Of a stretch of DNA of 64,000 nt, positions 29,184 through 41,185 are shown piece by piece. The notes below the pieces were generated by a model that did not search any database, was not told the DNA's origin, and was given only the letters and a program-made list of their open reading frames with translations. The DNA is from Zygnema circumcarinatum SAG 698-1b (Eukaryota > Plantae > Zygnematophyceae): assembly GCA_037447605.1 (NCBI GenBank), contig CM074817.1:2480001-2544000 (forward strand), in the 5' to 3' direction. The translations under genes and the position numbers were made by a program. Each line of letters starts with the position of its first letter. Positions within the stretch are counted from its first letter, which is position 1.

Positions 29184-29897
29184 CTGCTCGTATCGCAGCT
29201 GTGACCGCGACGAGTCCCTTTTCTGCCGTTCCATGTCGAACAGTTTTGCTCGAAGGACCTTCATTGCTTTCGCCTTGTTCTGCGCCGACCACCCCTCTTC
29301 GCATTTACAAAAAACAATCGACTTCCACCCCATAAAACAGGAACAATTACGCCTCACTCAATCCCTCCCCCTACCTCCCTCTCTCCCCCTCTCCCTCTCA
29401 CCCGGGTTCCCTCCCTCCCCCTCCCCCTTCCCGCCTTTCTTCTTTCTCACTCACCCTCTCCCTTCCTCTCTCTCCCTCCTCTAACCCTCCTCCCCTCCCT
29501 CTCTTACCCATTCTCCCTCCCTACCGCCCTCCCTCTTACCTTCCCTCTCTCCCACCCTCCCTCCCTCTCAACCTCTTTCTCACCCTCCCTCTCCCTCCCT
29601 CCCCGGCTCCCTCCCCCGCTCCCTCCCCCGCTCCCTCCCCCCCCTCTCTCCCCCCTCCCCGCTCTCTCCCTCCCTCTCTCCCTCCCCCTCTCCCTCCCCC
29701 TCTCCCTCCCTCCCTCTCTCTCACCATGTGCTGCGATCTCTCGTCTTGAATCGCCACCGCGATGCCGGTGGGGAGGTGCGTGATCCGTACGGCGCTGCTT
29801 GTCGTATTCACGGACTGCCCGCCCGCCCCCCCCGCCCTGTACGTGTCGATGCGGAGGTCCTCGCTGCGGACCGTCACGTCCACCTGCGGGAGAGGGA

Positions 29898-29968
<71 letters not shown>

Positions 29969-31392
29969 GGCTCAGTAGGAGGATGGGCCCATGGGAGAGA
30001 GAGACGAGACCCTCTCTCTCTCTCCCTCCCTCCGCGCTCTCATCACTTCTCTCCTGTCTCCTCTCTTCCTCTCCCCTCTCCCTTCCCCTTCCCCTCGCCC
30101 TCCGGCTTCCCTCCATTCACCTCCCTCCCCCTGCTCCCTCTCTCTCTCTCCCTCTGCCACCAGAAGAGGGTATCGGCGTACCTCATCAGGAAGAGGTAAA
30201 ACCACAACAGATGCAGCACTGGTGTGAACGCGCCCACTTTTCTCCGTTGCGGGCACTCTCTGGCGAGCGACACACCACAACATTGAAACTCAAAAATCAA
30301 AACCATGAGCGGTAAACTAAGAAAGTCGGACAGTTTCCACGCCCCAATCCAAGTAGGGTTGTCCTAATCCTGAAAAATTCAGGTGGAAAAACAAATGCCT
30401 CATTGGTGGAATATAGGAGACAATCCCTGGCTACTAAATATAAAAGGATTGCAAAAGAATTTAAGCTAATTTTTTTTTCAATTCTGGACCGAATTTGTAC
30501 CTGCACTCTGTGCACACCACTTTCAAACTTCAGTCGGCCATAGACTCCATTTCCGGATATTGAAGCGCTCGCCTCCTGCAGCCATAGTAAAAGCAGTGAC
30601 TCCCAGTTCTCCCCCTCTCTCTCTCCCTCTCTCTCTCCTCTCTCCCTCTCTCTCTCCGCTCTCCCTCTCTCTGTCTCTCTCGCGCCCCCCCCCCCACCAC
30701 CTTCTCACTCAGGCCTTCTTATACACTGAGCCCATATCCTCCCCACTCGCTCTCGCCTCTCCCTCCCTCTCCCTCACCTCTCTCGCACTACCCCAAACCT
30801 TAGTGATTTGGGTTATATGAGTTTCATGGGGAAGTTAGCCAAAGTAGGTAGAGGGCACCTTATAGCCGTGGAGGTCGGACTGAGCGATATCCACAACTTC
30901 AAATTTCCACCGATTCCGCTGAGCATATCTCTCATACCTGCCACAAATTTCACATATTGCAAAAACATAGAAGTTAAACAGTGACAAGAAAATTGCAAAA
31001 ACGTGAAGTAATGGAGCTACACTCGACTGACTTGAATTAAAATTGAGCAACTTTTTTCAAAATCTCCTTTGATCAATAATGCTTTTGAGCTAAACATAAA
31101 ATTCAAGCTCTGCTTAAAGCAGGTTTCTCCCAATCTTACATTCGGAAAACGTCCATTGCAAATAGTGAGGCCTCCTGCCCACCAGTGCCTGCACTCGCCA
31201 CCATTTATTCCAGTCCTTGTAGCAATGGGGGAGAGAGAGAGAGAGAGAGGGAGGGAGAGGGAAAGGGAGAGAGGCGGACTGGGAGGGAGATAGTGACAAA
31301 GGAAAATGGGGTCGGAGGGAGGTAAGGGAGGGAAGGAAAGAGAGTGTCTGCGAGGCGAAAACGGGAGGGAGGGAGAGAGAAAGAGAGAGAGA

Positions 31393-31434
<42 letters not shown>

Positions 31435-32982
31435 TGACCTGCTCGCACCTCCAGAATGCAGCCCCTCTCCTCCGCCACGTCCTGAGGGAGAAGCAGTTGC
31501 ACCATCTCCCTCTGCAGCCTCTCCCTCTCCTCTCTCGCCTCCCTCATCTCCTCCTCCGCCATCCCTGCCAGCTCCTTATCTTCTGCGGATTCCGCCGCCA
31601 TGGCCTGCAGCTCCTTCATCTCCTGAAGGAGGGGAAGGAGAAACGAGTAGGAACGGAGGAAAGGGTAGGCAGAGGGAGAGAGAGAGAGAGAGAAGAAAGA
31701 GACCATTCAGAAGCTAATAAGGGAGTGCGTACGTTAGTGAAGGGTTGGGACATGATTCTGAGATGATTCATAGGGTAGAATTGGGCAGAAATTTGGTGGA
31801 GAAGTGAGTGAATCTGTACCTTAGTCTTGCTTCGGATCGCTCGAATTGTAGCCATTGGAGCTTCAAGTGTGCTCATCTCCTTGTTCACCTCCGCCACTAT
31901 CTCCGGAGGCGCGTTCGGCTGAAAAATTCCTTTATGAGAAATGCCAATGAAGGGGGATGTTGGAAGGAATATGACCGGAATTTGTGATTTCTCTGCTTAT
32001 CTCCTTCTCTCCTTCTGCCCACTTTTTTCACTATAAAATTGAAGGGTCTCTAGGGTTCTTACCTGATTAAGCAAGGAATCGAGAAGTTCCGTCTGACGGG
32101 CTTCAATTGCAGCCATGCGCTTTTCTATGCTTTTTTCCAACGCTTGGCTTATTTGAATGGTGGATTCTGGCGGAGGTCAAAGTAATACAACACAACAAGA
32201 CTTAAAAAATAAAAATAAAACGAGGGTTCTAAATTAAAAGATTTCATTCTTATTCCATGAGAAAAAATGCTTCCCAAGGGCCCAAACTGAAGCGCAGCTT
32301 TTAAAAAACCTTAACCCTTATTTTTGTCATTACCCCAAGTAGGTTATCCTTCCTCACCTTTAACCTGAACTTCCAGTTCAAGTTGAGGTTTTCTTAAGCT
32401 TATTATTTCACTCTAATTCTAACCTTAATCCCAATGCAATCCTAACTCTGAACCCTACTGCTGACTCTAACCCTAATCCTAACTCTAATTCTAAGCCCTC
32501 ATCCTAATTTAACCTTAATTCTAAATCCTAATTTTAAATTCTAACCTTAAATGTTTAATTCACAGTCAAGCCAGTCAACTCATGCTCTCCTGCAGACGCT
32601 GTGCAGTACCTGAGGAGAAGCATCGCCTCTCTGCCATGTGTCCTCCTCCACTCCCCCACCCACACAGAGAACCTGCCCATAGTGATCTGCTGCTCCTCCA
32701 CTCTGCACTCACCCTACTCGACACCCCTCTCTCTCTCCGCCTCTCTCTCTCTCTCCCACTCTCTCCCTCCCTCCCACTCTCTCCCTCTCTCCCGCATTCT
32801 CCCTCCCTCCCACTTTCTCCTCCTCTGGCTGCAGAGTCAGAGTTAAGCCAGCCCTCCCCTGCAGCGTGCACGAAGTTCGACGAAGCAGAGAGGGCGGAGG
32901 GAGAGGAGGCTTTACAGAGAGAGGGGGAGAAGGTGCTTGCAATGTGAGTGCAGAGCCTCGTCCTTCCCTTTATCCTTTTCAT
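29184..32982 (-). CDS. prfA: Class-1 peptide chain release factor RF1, mitochondrial type; last exon(s) missing at gap 28728
   Basis: Exons 32610-32982, 32063-32166, 31820-31918, 31439-31622, 31140-31188, 30859-30937, 30501-30575, 30182-30259, 29725-29883, 29184-29279. Motifs: [50 protein letters not shown] (PxT), [13 protein letters not shown] (GGQ), [13 protein letters not shown]. The R/S-rich N-terminus resembles a transit peptide. The start ATG is inferred. Confidence 0.95.
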
Positions 32983-33255
32983 GCTCCCTCTCTCCCTCCT
33001 CTTTCTCTTCCCACTCCCCTCCCTCTCTACCCCACAATCTCCCTCCCCCCACCCAAACTCCTCCCTCAACCCCTCTCTCCCCCTCTCTCTCTCTCCCTCT
33101 CAATCTCCTCTCTTCCACTCTCCCTGCGACTCTGTTTCAATTCATGCTTCAATTCAGCTCCGCGTTCCTTTGAAGCGCTCGAAGTTGCAAGTGTTCCGCT
33201 GTGAGAAGGCCCGCACGAGCGGCGCCAGTGGGGTGCACTTCCTTCTGTGTGCGAT

Positions 33256-33286
33256 TTTAGGGTTGTCGGAGGTCAAATTTAGGGTT
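33256..33286. promoter_or_regulatory. Two telo-box motifs (TTTAGGGTT) in the 341-bp divergent RF1/CPL4 promoter
   Basis: The motifs are seen directly. Telo-boxes are established promoter elements of plant translation-machinery genes; function here is inferred. Confidence 0.5.
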
Positions 33287-33323
33287 GAATTTGTATGGAG
33301 GGGAAGCTGCAGAGCAGCGCAGC

Positions 33324-36057
33324 ATGCCGGGGTCCCCCTCGCCCTCATCCGCAGGCAGCGCCGGCAACCTCGACGACTTCGCCTCTCTTCTTGAAGAGCA
33401 GCTTGAGGACGATTTAGGGCTTGCTACAAAAGACGAAGCAGAGAAGGAGGGAGGACCGGAGGAGGGGGAGGAGGAGGACGAGGAGGAGGAGGAGGAGGAG
33501 GAGGGAGAGGAGGAGGAGGAGGAGGAGGAGGGAGAGGAGGAGGAGGAGGAGGGAGAGGGGGGGGGGAGGGAGGAAGAGGACGAGGAGGAGGGGGAGGAGG
33601 GAGAGGAAGAGGAGAAGGGGTTAGAGTATGCAGGTCCGAAGCAGGGGGGTGAAGCAGGGGAGGAGGATAGGGAAGGAGGCTCTTGGAGGGCTGCTGGACA
33701 GCTGAAGAGGAAGAGAGTAGGGGAAGAAGGTTCAGGAAGTGTGTTTGAGTCATATGAAGGTATGCCACAGTGGGGGAGGGAGAGGGAGAGGCTGAGATTG
33801 AGAGGGAGAGAAAAATATTTTGCGACAAGATAAAGAGGAAATAAAGAACAATGATTCTTGCAAGTGTGTGCCCATCACTTTATTCAAACCACTACAGCTC
33901 AAAATGCAGCTCAAGCTGCCTCTGAAGGAACATCTTTCATCTTCAAACAAAAATATTTTAAAGGAGCTTCAAACTAATATCACTGTTTCATATGACAGAA
34001 AATGCTTCATCTGTGAAAAAGCTCTTTGTGGGATCCGTTTCTGCAATCGGAGAGGCTCAAGCCCACATCCCTGCAGCCATGGATGACAGCTGTCCCCCTC
34101 ACCCAGGCTTCATGTGGGGAGTCTGCATTCGCTGCGGAAAACTGAAGGAAGCGGAGGATTTAAATTCCACTCCTTTACCGGAGCAAGCAAATGTCGCTTT
34201 ACGCTACATTCATGCGGTAAATCATCCCTCTTGTAACCCTATATATTTTACTGTACAAACCACATTGAAGAAAGAGCTCTTTCAACAACGAAGCTCTGCT
34301 CTAACGCCGGCCGCTTACAATAAGGCCAAGCATTTGTGGGGAATTGCTTGAAACCTTGAGTTTTTTGCCACACAAAGTTGTTGTTGTTATTGAGGCTGAA
34401 TGACAAACATGAAACTCAACCACTTTGCTCTTTTAACCTTGCTCTTTTTCAAAACTTTTCCATGGATAGGGGCTTGAACTGTCCGCCCATGAAGCTGCCC
34501 GCATGAAATCTGATGAACTTCAAACTTTATTGAGCCAAAAGAAGCTTCATCTCGTGCTCGACCTCGACCACACTCTCCTTAACTCTGCTCGCTTTGTCGA
34601 AGTTCCAATGGCGGATGTGAAGGCAATGACTGTAGCCCACTGGGGAGAGGGAGTCTTCAAAGAGGGCGGANNNNNNNNNNGGAAGAGGGGGAGGGGGGGC
34701 GAGGGAGGGGGAGAGAGGAGAGAGTGAGAGGGCGAGGAGGTGGTGAAGGGAGGGAGGGGGAGGGGGAGGGGGCGAGGGGGAGGGGGAGAGAGGGAGGGGG
34801 TGAGAGGGAGGGGGAGAGAGGGATGGGGAGCGAGGGAGAGGGGGAGGGGGAGGGGAGAGAAGTGATGAGAGAGTGAGTGAGACAGATGCTTGAGCTACTT
34901 AAACTGATCTTGATGTTTCCCAAGAATGTGATTTCTAGATGGAGCACATCTTCCTTCACCTTCGCAACCCTTTAATCCTCAAAAAGACTTATAGGAAATG
35001 GAAATGGTAACCCTAATTTTGTGATGTATGGTTTCAGGTTTGGCCGCGGCATCGAGCCAACCTCCTCCAGGTTGAGAGGTACCACTTCTTTGGTTCGAGC
35101 CGGCGGTCCTTTGGCCTCGGCGGGCTCTCATTGGTCGAACAAAATCGAGATGAGTCCTCCGCGGAGGGAAGTCTGGCGGCAATTCTGCCCGTTTTGGAGC
35201 GTATTCATTCCGAATTCTTTTCAGCTATGGTGAGCTTAACGTTTTTGACTCATAGCTTTTGATGAGCTGAAAATTTTTTACTCATAGCTTTTGGTGAGCT
35301 GAAAATTTTCTTTTGTCTCTTAGCTTCAGGCTTTTGTGTTTTAGGGTGTTTTGGGTTATCAGGAATTTTAGGGTTGGGGTTTCTTATTCGTTTTCTAATT
35401 CATCATTTTTTTTTTTTTTCTCAGAGTGTAAATAATTCGCGGGAAAACCAAAAACCAGATGTGAGGAAGGTGAGCTTCTTTTTTTTTTTTTTTTTTTTCC
35501 AATTCCGATTTTTTTATGCATCCATCAACCTGTTACAGCATTCCCCACGTAGAACCCACCTCAATTTTTCCACTCAAAATTTTATCTTTTTTTTTTTTTT
35601 TTTTCAGATTCTCCGTACCGTTAGGCGAGAAATATTACAAAACTGTCACCTCATATTCAGTCGAGTTTTTCCGACGGATTTTTCGCACCCTGAGACCCAC
35701 CCTTTATGGAAAATGGCCAAGGAAATGGGTGCCACGTGTCACCTTGAGCAGGGCCCAAAAATTACTCATATTGTGGCGGTAGATAGGGGCACAGACAAGG
35801 CCAAATGGGCCATTAAAAAAAGGAAATGGCTGGTTGGTCCTGGTTGGTTGGAAGCTTCCTACTTGCTGTGGAAGAAGGCGAGAGAGGAGGCCTTTCCTGT
35901 AGGAGGAGGAAGAGGGGAGGGAGGAGGGGATGGGAGAGAAGGGGGGAAGGGAGAGGAGGGAAAGGGGGAGAGGGAAAGGGAGAGGGAGAGGGAGGGGGGA
36001 GGGAGGGAAAATTTGGTGCAAGAGGGGGAGGAGGGAGAGGGAGGTGGAGGGAGGTGA
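33324..36057 (+). CDS. CPL4: RNA polymerase II CTD phosphatase, FCP1/CPL4-like (FCP domain plus BRCT); central exon(s) lost in gap 34671-34680
   Basis: Exons 33324-33759, 33999-34216 (CPPHPGFMWGVCIRCG), 34470-gap (KKLHLVLDLDHTLLNS, DxDxT motif), 35038-35229 (VWPRHRANLLQVERYHFF), 35425-35469, 35608-36057 (BRCT: ILQNCHLIFSRVFP...THIVAVDRGTDKAKWA...WLEASYLLW). The C-terminal GE-rich tail and stop are less certain. Confidence 0.92.
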
Positions 36058-36930
36058 GAGAAGTGGGGAGGGAGGGAGGGAGGAGAAAGGGGATGGGAGA
36101 GAGGGGAGGGGAGAGGAGGGAAAGGGGGGTGGCGGTAGAGGGAGAGGGAGAGGGAGGGGGAAGGGAGGGAAAATGGGGTGCAAGAGGGGGAGGAGGGAGA
36201 GGGAGCTGGAGCTGGAGGGAGGTGAGAGAAGTGGGGAGGGGGAGGGGAGGGAGGGAGAGAGAAGTGGGGAGGGGGAGGGGAGGGAGGGGGAGAGAGTGGT
36301 GGATGAGAGGGAGTGAGAGAGTGGGAGGGGATGAGGAGAGGGGGTGAGGGTAAAACGGATCGAGCGAAGCGAGCGACTCGAGCGCATTTTTGCCAATACG
36401 GTTAACCCGCAGCTAAGAGGAAGAGGGAGAGGGAGAGGGAAAATGGATTGCCAGAGAGGGAAGAGGAGAGAGAGGTGGAGGGGGAGGGAGGGAGAACGAA
36501 CTGGGAGAAAGAGGGAGAGGGAGGTAGGGAGGAAGGGTGAAAGAAGGGGAATGTGTTTATGTACAAAGGATGATGGCTAGAAGTGATAGGCCTATGGAAC
36601 ATTAGAAATTTACGGTTAGGCTACTGAGGTTATGTGTGAACAGGGTTGAAGGTTCTCTGTCGCAGAGGACGGAGAATGGAGACTGCCTTTGGAGGCGAAG
36701 GAAATGGTGTTTTAAAAGGGACGATTTCACTAATCATTTTCGTGTCTAAATTTCAGTGTAATGACCCTGTGTATGCACCATAGGACTATAGTGTGGATAC
36801 AAGATGTTAAAGATAAGAGACGATTCGAATTTTATCTTATCTCTAACATCTTGGAAAAAATAAAAACTGCTTTTTCTGAGGATAATAAGTATTAAGCAGT
36901 GGGTCAGAGAACAGTCGTCAGCCCTTCCTG

Positions 36931-37028
<98 letters not shown>

Positions 37029-37603
37029 GGTCCGTTTTGGAAAATGTCATGGGTCCAAGTCCGAGCCGGTTTTGGTGCATTGAGTTCACGGAAGAGAAAG
37101 AGGGCTTTTGTGTACAACGGATTTCCATGCGCAACGGATGTTGAAACAAGATATAGGAAGCTGACCATGGAAGCACTGTTTGTGCATGACGCTTTTGTCA
37201 AGCGTTTTAGGATGGTTAGGCATGACTGACTTGACAAAAATCGAATCGAACCATGGCATGACATGGGTCTCACCCATGGCCATGCCATGAAATGTCCAAC
37301 ATGAACAACATGCGCAACATGGGGAACCACGAGGAGCCACAAAGGACCTAAGGATGATAGAACAAAGCTTCAAGAGAAATTTATCCAAAAACCGACAAAA
37401 CGACTGTACCATCCCTTACCGTACCTTAGTTCCGTTCCCAGTCCCAGTTCCCAGTTCACTTATACAGGGGGTCCTCGTCATATTTTCCACCTTCAACAGT
37501 GCGTCACCAATAAATTCGCACCGATTTTGCCGAAACCACCTTTTTGTACGGTAACTTTGAGTTAGCCGTACTATTCGTACTATTCGTACCCTGAAAACCC
37601 TAA

Positions 37604-38617
37604 GGAAAATTCTATTCTCACACCTTTTTTGTCTACACACAGGCCTCTTTTCGCCGGGCAGATTTTAAAATAGCACAAAAAAAGAACACACCTTTCACAC
37701 CTTCTCACCTTTTTTTTCCCACCTTTTTGAAATCGATACACACCTTTCTCCATCGGGCAGATTTTACCCCTTCTTGTTTTTTTCAAAGAAAAAAATATCG
37801 GCCTGCCCGAATCCACTCGGAGCAGAAGATCCGTCCGCCACGAGATCGTTCGCGGGTGGCCGTCCTTCACACGTGCAGAAACTATACACCGTCGATTCTA
37901 GAGAAGATCACACCACGGCAGATCACCGTTCGATCGGCAGCCGGGCTCGGTTCCAGCGAATGGCACACGCCCACGTGTCCCACCCGAGCAGGCTCGAGGA
38001 CCGTACACAACTCGTACGGTCGCAGCTTCGAGGAAAGTCTAAATTCCTTACATTGCGAGCTTGAACCAATCACCATCTGCCGCGTGCTCTTTTTAGACGT
38101 GGCAAACTGTGATTGGTAGAGGCACTCAACTTTAATTATTACGTTTTTTGACTTTCCTCGAAGCTGCGGGCGTACGCCTTTTGTACGGTCCTTAGAGCCG
38201 GCTTGGGTGGGACACGTGGGACAGAGCCCGGCTGCTGATCGAACGGTGATCTGCCATGGTGCGATCTGCGTGAATATCGACGGCGGAAAATTATTGCACG
38301 TGTGAAGGACGGCCACCCGCGAACGATCTCGTGGCGGACGGATCTTCCGCTCCGAGCGGATTCGGGCAGGCAGATAAGGGGCGTTATTCTTCATTTCGTA
38401 AGGGTTTACATAAGGAGTAAAATCTCCCCGATAGAAAAAGGTCTCACGGCGCTCGGCCGCTCAGCACTAGTAGCGTGTATCGATTCCAAAAAGATGTGAA
38501 AAAAAAGGTGAAAAAAAAAAGGTGTGAAAGGTGTGTTCCTTTTTTGTCTATTTTAAAATCTGCCCAGCGAAAAGAGGTCTGTGCGTAGACAAAAAAGGTG
38601 TGAGAATAGAATTTTCC
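37604..38617. mobile_element. Mutator-like (MULE) non-autonomous foldback element A
   Basis: Termini are GGAAAATTCTATTCTCACACC / GGTGTGAGAATAGAATTTTCC. Imperfect arms run ~37604-38039 and 38150-38617. There is a perfect 9-bp TSD AAACCCTAA at 37595-37603 and 38618-38626. Confidence 0.9.
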
Positions 38618-38957
38618 AAACCCTAAATACCCTAAAATCCCGTACTATTTGTACTATTCGTACTAGCTGTACTAACCGTTACGGGGTTATGCAAAACTCA
38701 CCTAATCTCCCCGCACGTGCCGCCGTAAGAGGCGCTCGCTCTTCTCCACTTCTTTTTGGATACGATACGATACGCTACGATACGTCGCGATACGGTACTA
38801 TCCGTACTTGCCGTATGAGATGCAGTATTCGATACGGTATGATGTGGTACGATATGGCATTAAACGATACGATACGATACGTACGGACATACATGAACAC
38901 TAACATAATTCCGCTCGCCTATTGGTAACACGGACCTTCTATTTGCCAAAAACAATA

Positions 38958-39996
38958 GGGTAACTCTACTGCACCACCGCGTTTTGTCTTTCGCACCCCC
39001 CTTTTGAAATTTTTCCTGCCCGTTTTGGTTACCCTCCCAGTTCTGAATATTTCGGGAAAAAATCTTTTTCCCGCCCCTCCCGTCTCCTCCGCTCCCCTCC
39101 CTCCCCTGCCCTCTCCTCCCCTCCCCTCCCCACCCCACCCCTCCGCTCCCCTACCCTGCCCTGTCCTCCCCGGCCCTCCTCTCCCGCCCGCTCCCCTCCC
39201 CTCCCCTCCCCTCCCCTCCCCTCCCCTCCGCTCCCCTCCCTTGCCCTGTCCTCCCCGGCCCTCCCCTCCNNNNNNNNNNCCCTTCTCCTCCCCTGCCCTG
39301 CCCTCCCTTGCCTTCCCCTCCTCGTCTCTCCTCTTTTCGGTTTCCAATGTCCATAAAAATGCTACCAACTGAGTATGAGACCCGCGATAGAGCTCGTACA
39401 AGTCGAAAAAATGTTCCAATTGCAAGCAAGCAGGCCACAAGATCTTGCCTTAATTAGGGGGTCTATGATCCTAACCTGAAAACAGAGAGTAACAGTTGCC
39501 CAACATTGGTGACCTTTGCAGCTGCGTTTAAGGCTGCGGTTTTTGCGCTTAAGCTTAGTTTAGTTTAGTTTTTTGCTCCTAGTTTTTTTATTTTGTGCTT
39601 GGTTCATTTGCGACCAATTTCTTGTGGTTCCCGTGTTGACTTTGTCCATGTTTATTTGATGGCCTCACCATCTTGAGACCAACGCAAATCCCTTTTTCTT
39701 TTGTCGCACATTGTTGGAAGTCAATAGTGAGAAGGAGAAACCGAGGGGGGTGGAATGTCTAGAAAAAGAGGAGGGGAGGGGAGGGGAGGGGAGGGGAGGG
39801 GAGGGGAGCGGGCGGGAGGGGAGGGCCGGGGAGGGCCGGGGAGGACAGGGCAGGGGAGGGGAGCGGAGGGGAGGGGAGGATTTGGAAAGATTTTTTCCCG
39901 AAATATTCAAAACTGGGGAGGTAACCGAAACGGGCAGGCAAAAATTTTCAAAGGGGGGGGTGAAAGACAAAATGCGGGGGTGTAGTAGAGTTACCC
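38958..39996. mobile_element. Mutator-like non-autonomous element B with long TIRs
   Basis: TIRs begin GGGTAACTCTACT: ~110 bp of complex sequence then a CCCCT-type tract. There is a perfect 8-bp TSD AAACAATA (38950-57, 39997-40004). The interior carries a frameshifted KKCSNCKQAGH zinc-knuckle remnant at ~39406-39450. Confidence 0.85.
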
Positions 39997-40971
39997 AAAC
40001 AATATTTTCGCCCGGTATTTTCCGAAACCAGGTGGAAAATATGACGAGGACCACCTGTACTGTACTTTCATACATGTTCGTACACATTTGTACATTCCAG
40101 TGCTGATTGGTACACATGTATAGAAGGTGCTGTTCCGCGCCATGATGACCTCGTGCAGGAACGTCATTGGCCGTTCCTGCCAGCGGACTCACTTTGACCG
40201 GCCTTGACTCAGTCGGAGCTCGTCTTGACTCGCCTTGACCGGCCGGGACAACACGAGGCAATTCGTCGCTTCTGGCCGCGGTTAGCGCACAGCCGACGAA
40301 TCCGGTGCCACGTTGGTTTGGTTGCCACGTGGAAAAATCTGTCTGACGTGGAGGGGCCGTCGACAAAAAACCGGCGCGACCAGCCGTCAGTCTGTACAGA
40401 GGGATAGCTGGCCTCCGGGCGGGAACGTTTGTCGTTTATTTTGACGACGGAACAGGCTGTCGAAAAGGACCGCCGCCGACTTCGAATCGAGATATTTTAA
40501 GATACGATACGATGCATTCCATTTTAGAATTTTATGGTTTCAGGGTGTTGAGGTTTTCTAAAAACAGTGAAGCCCCCAAATATTTTCGCTGCGGTTTCGG
40601 TAAATATTATTGGGTGAAAATCTTGGAATTTGCAAATATAAGGAGGTACGGCCGGCGGCCGTACTGTTTCTCTCTGTACGGAAGCGCATTGCCGCCCGGC
40701 GGGCCCTGTCGCGAGCTCCTATTGGTGCCGTACACTTAGCTACACGAGCGCCCATTGATGCCGTACTTATACCGTACGATTGAGAGATTTTAGGCGTACT
40801 TACCGTACCGCGGAATAGCGTGACCCATGTTAGTAATTTGTTCCGATTAACAGATTTTGTATTGTAAAATAGGTCAGGTTAGGTTAACACCCCTAATACA
40901 TTAACACAGACCCACCGTACTAAAAGTGGTTTCGGCAAAATCATCGCGAATTTCTTGGGAAACGCAAGTCG

Positions 40972-41150
40972 CCGCCAAACCAATTTCGTAAGCGTGTCGG
41001 GCGAATTCAGCATTGGCTAGGTACGCATTTCGGTACGGATGTGTACGGCGGAGCCGCGGATCCCGAACCGGAATTCGTACACGAAAGAAGTGACTTTTAG
41101 TATACGTAATTCGGGAATTTTGTAAGCGATGGTCAAGGTCTGTCTCCCCC
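40972..41150 (-). mobile_element. Truncated inverted copy of the GGGGGAG-TIR element
   Basis: Reverse complement of ~41186-41350. It ends ...GTCTGTCTCCCCC followed by TA at 41151-52. Confidence 0.7.
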
Positions 41151-41185
41151 TATTAGGGTAGAAAATATTAGGGGTGCTTACTGTA

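Larger units (their letters stand above)
37465..40057. mobile_element. Tc1/mariner-type non-autonomous TIR element (host of two nested insertions)
   Basis: 27-bp TIRs CAGG(G/T)GGTCCTCGTCATATTTTCCACC (1 mismatch) at 37465-37491 and 40031-40057, each flanked by TA (37463-64, 40058-59). About 520 bp remain after removing the nested elements. The superfamily is inferred from the CAG start and TA TSD. Confidence 0.8.
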
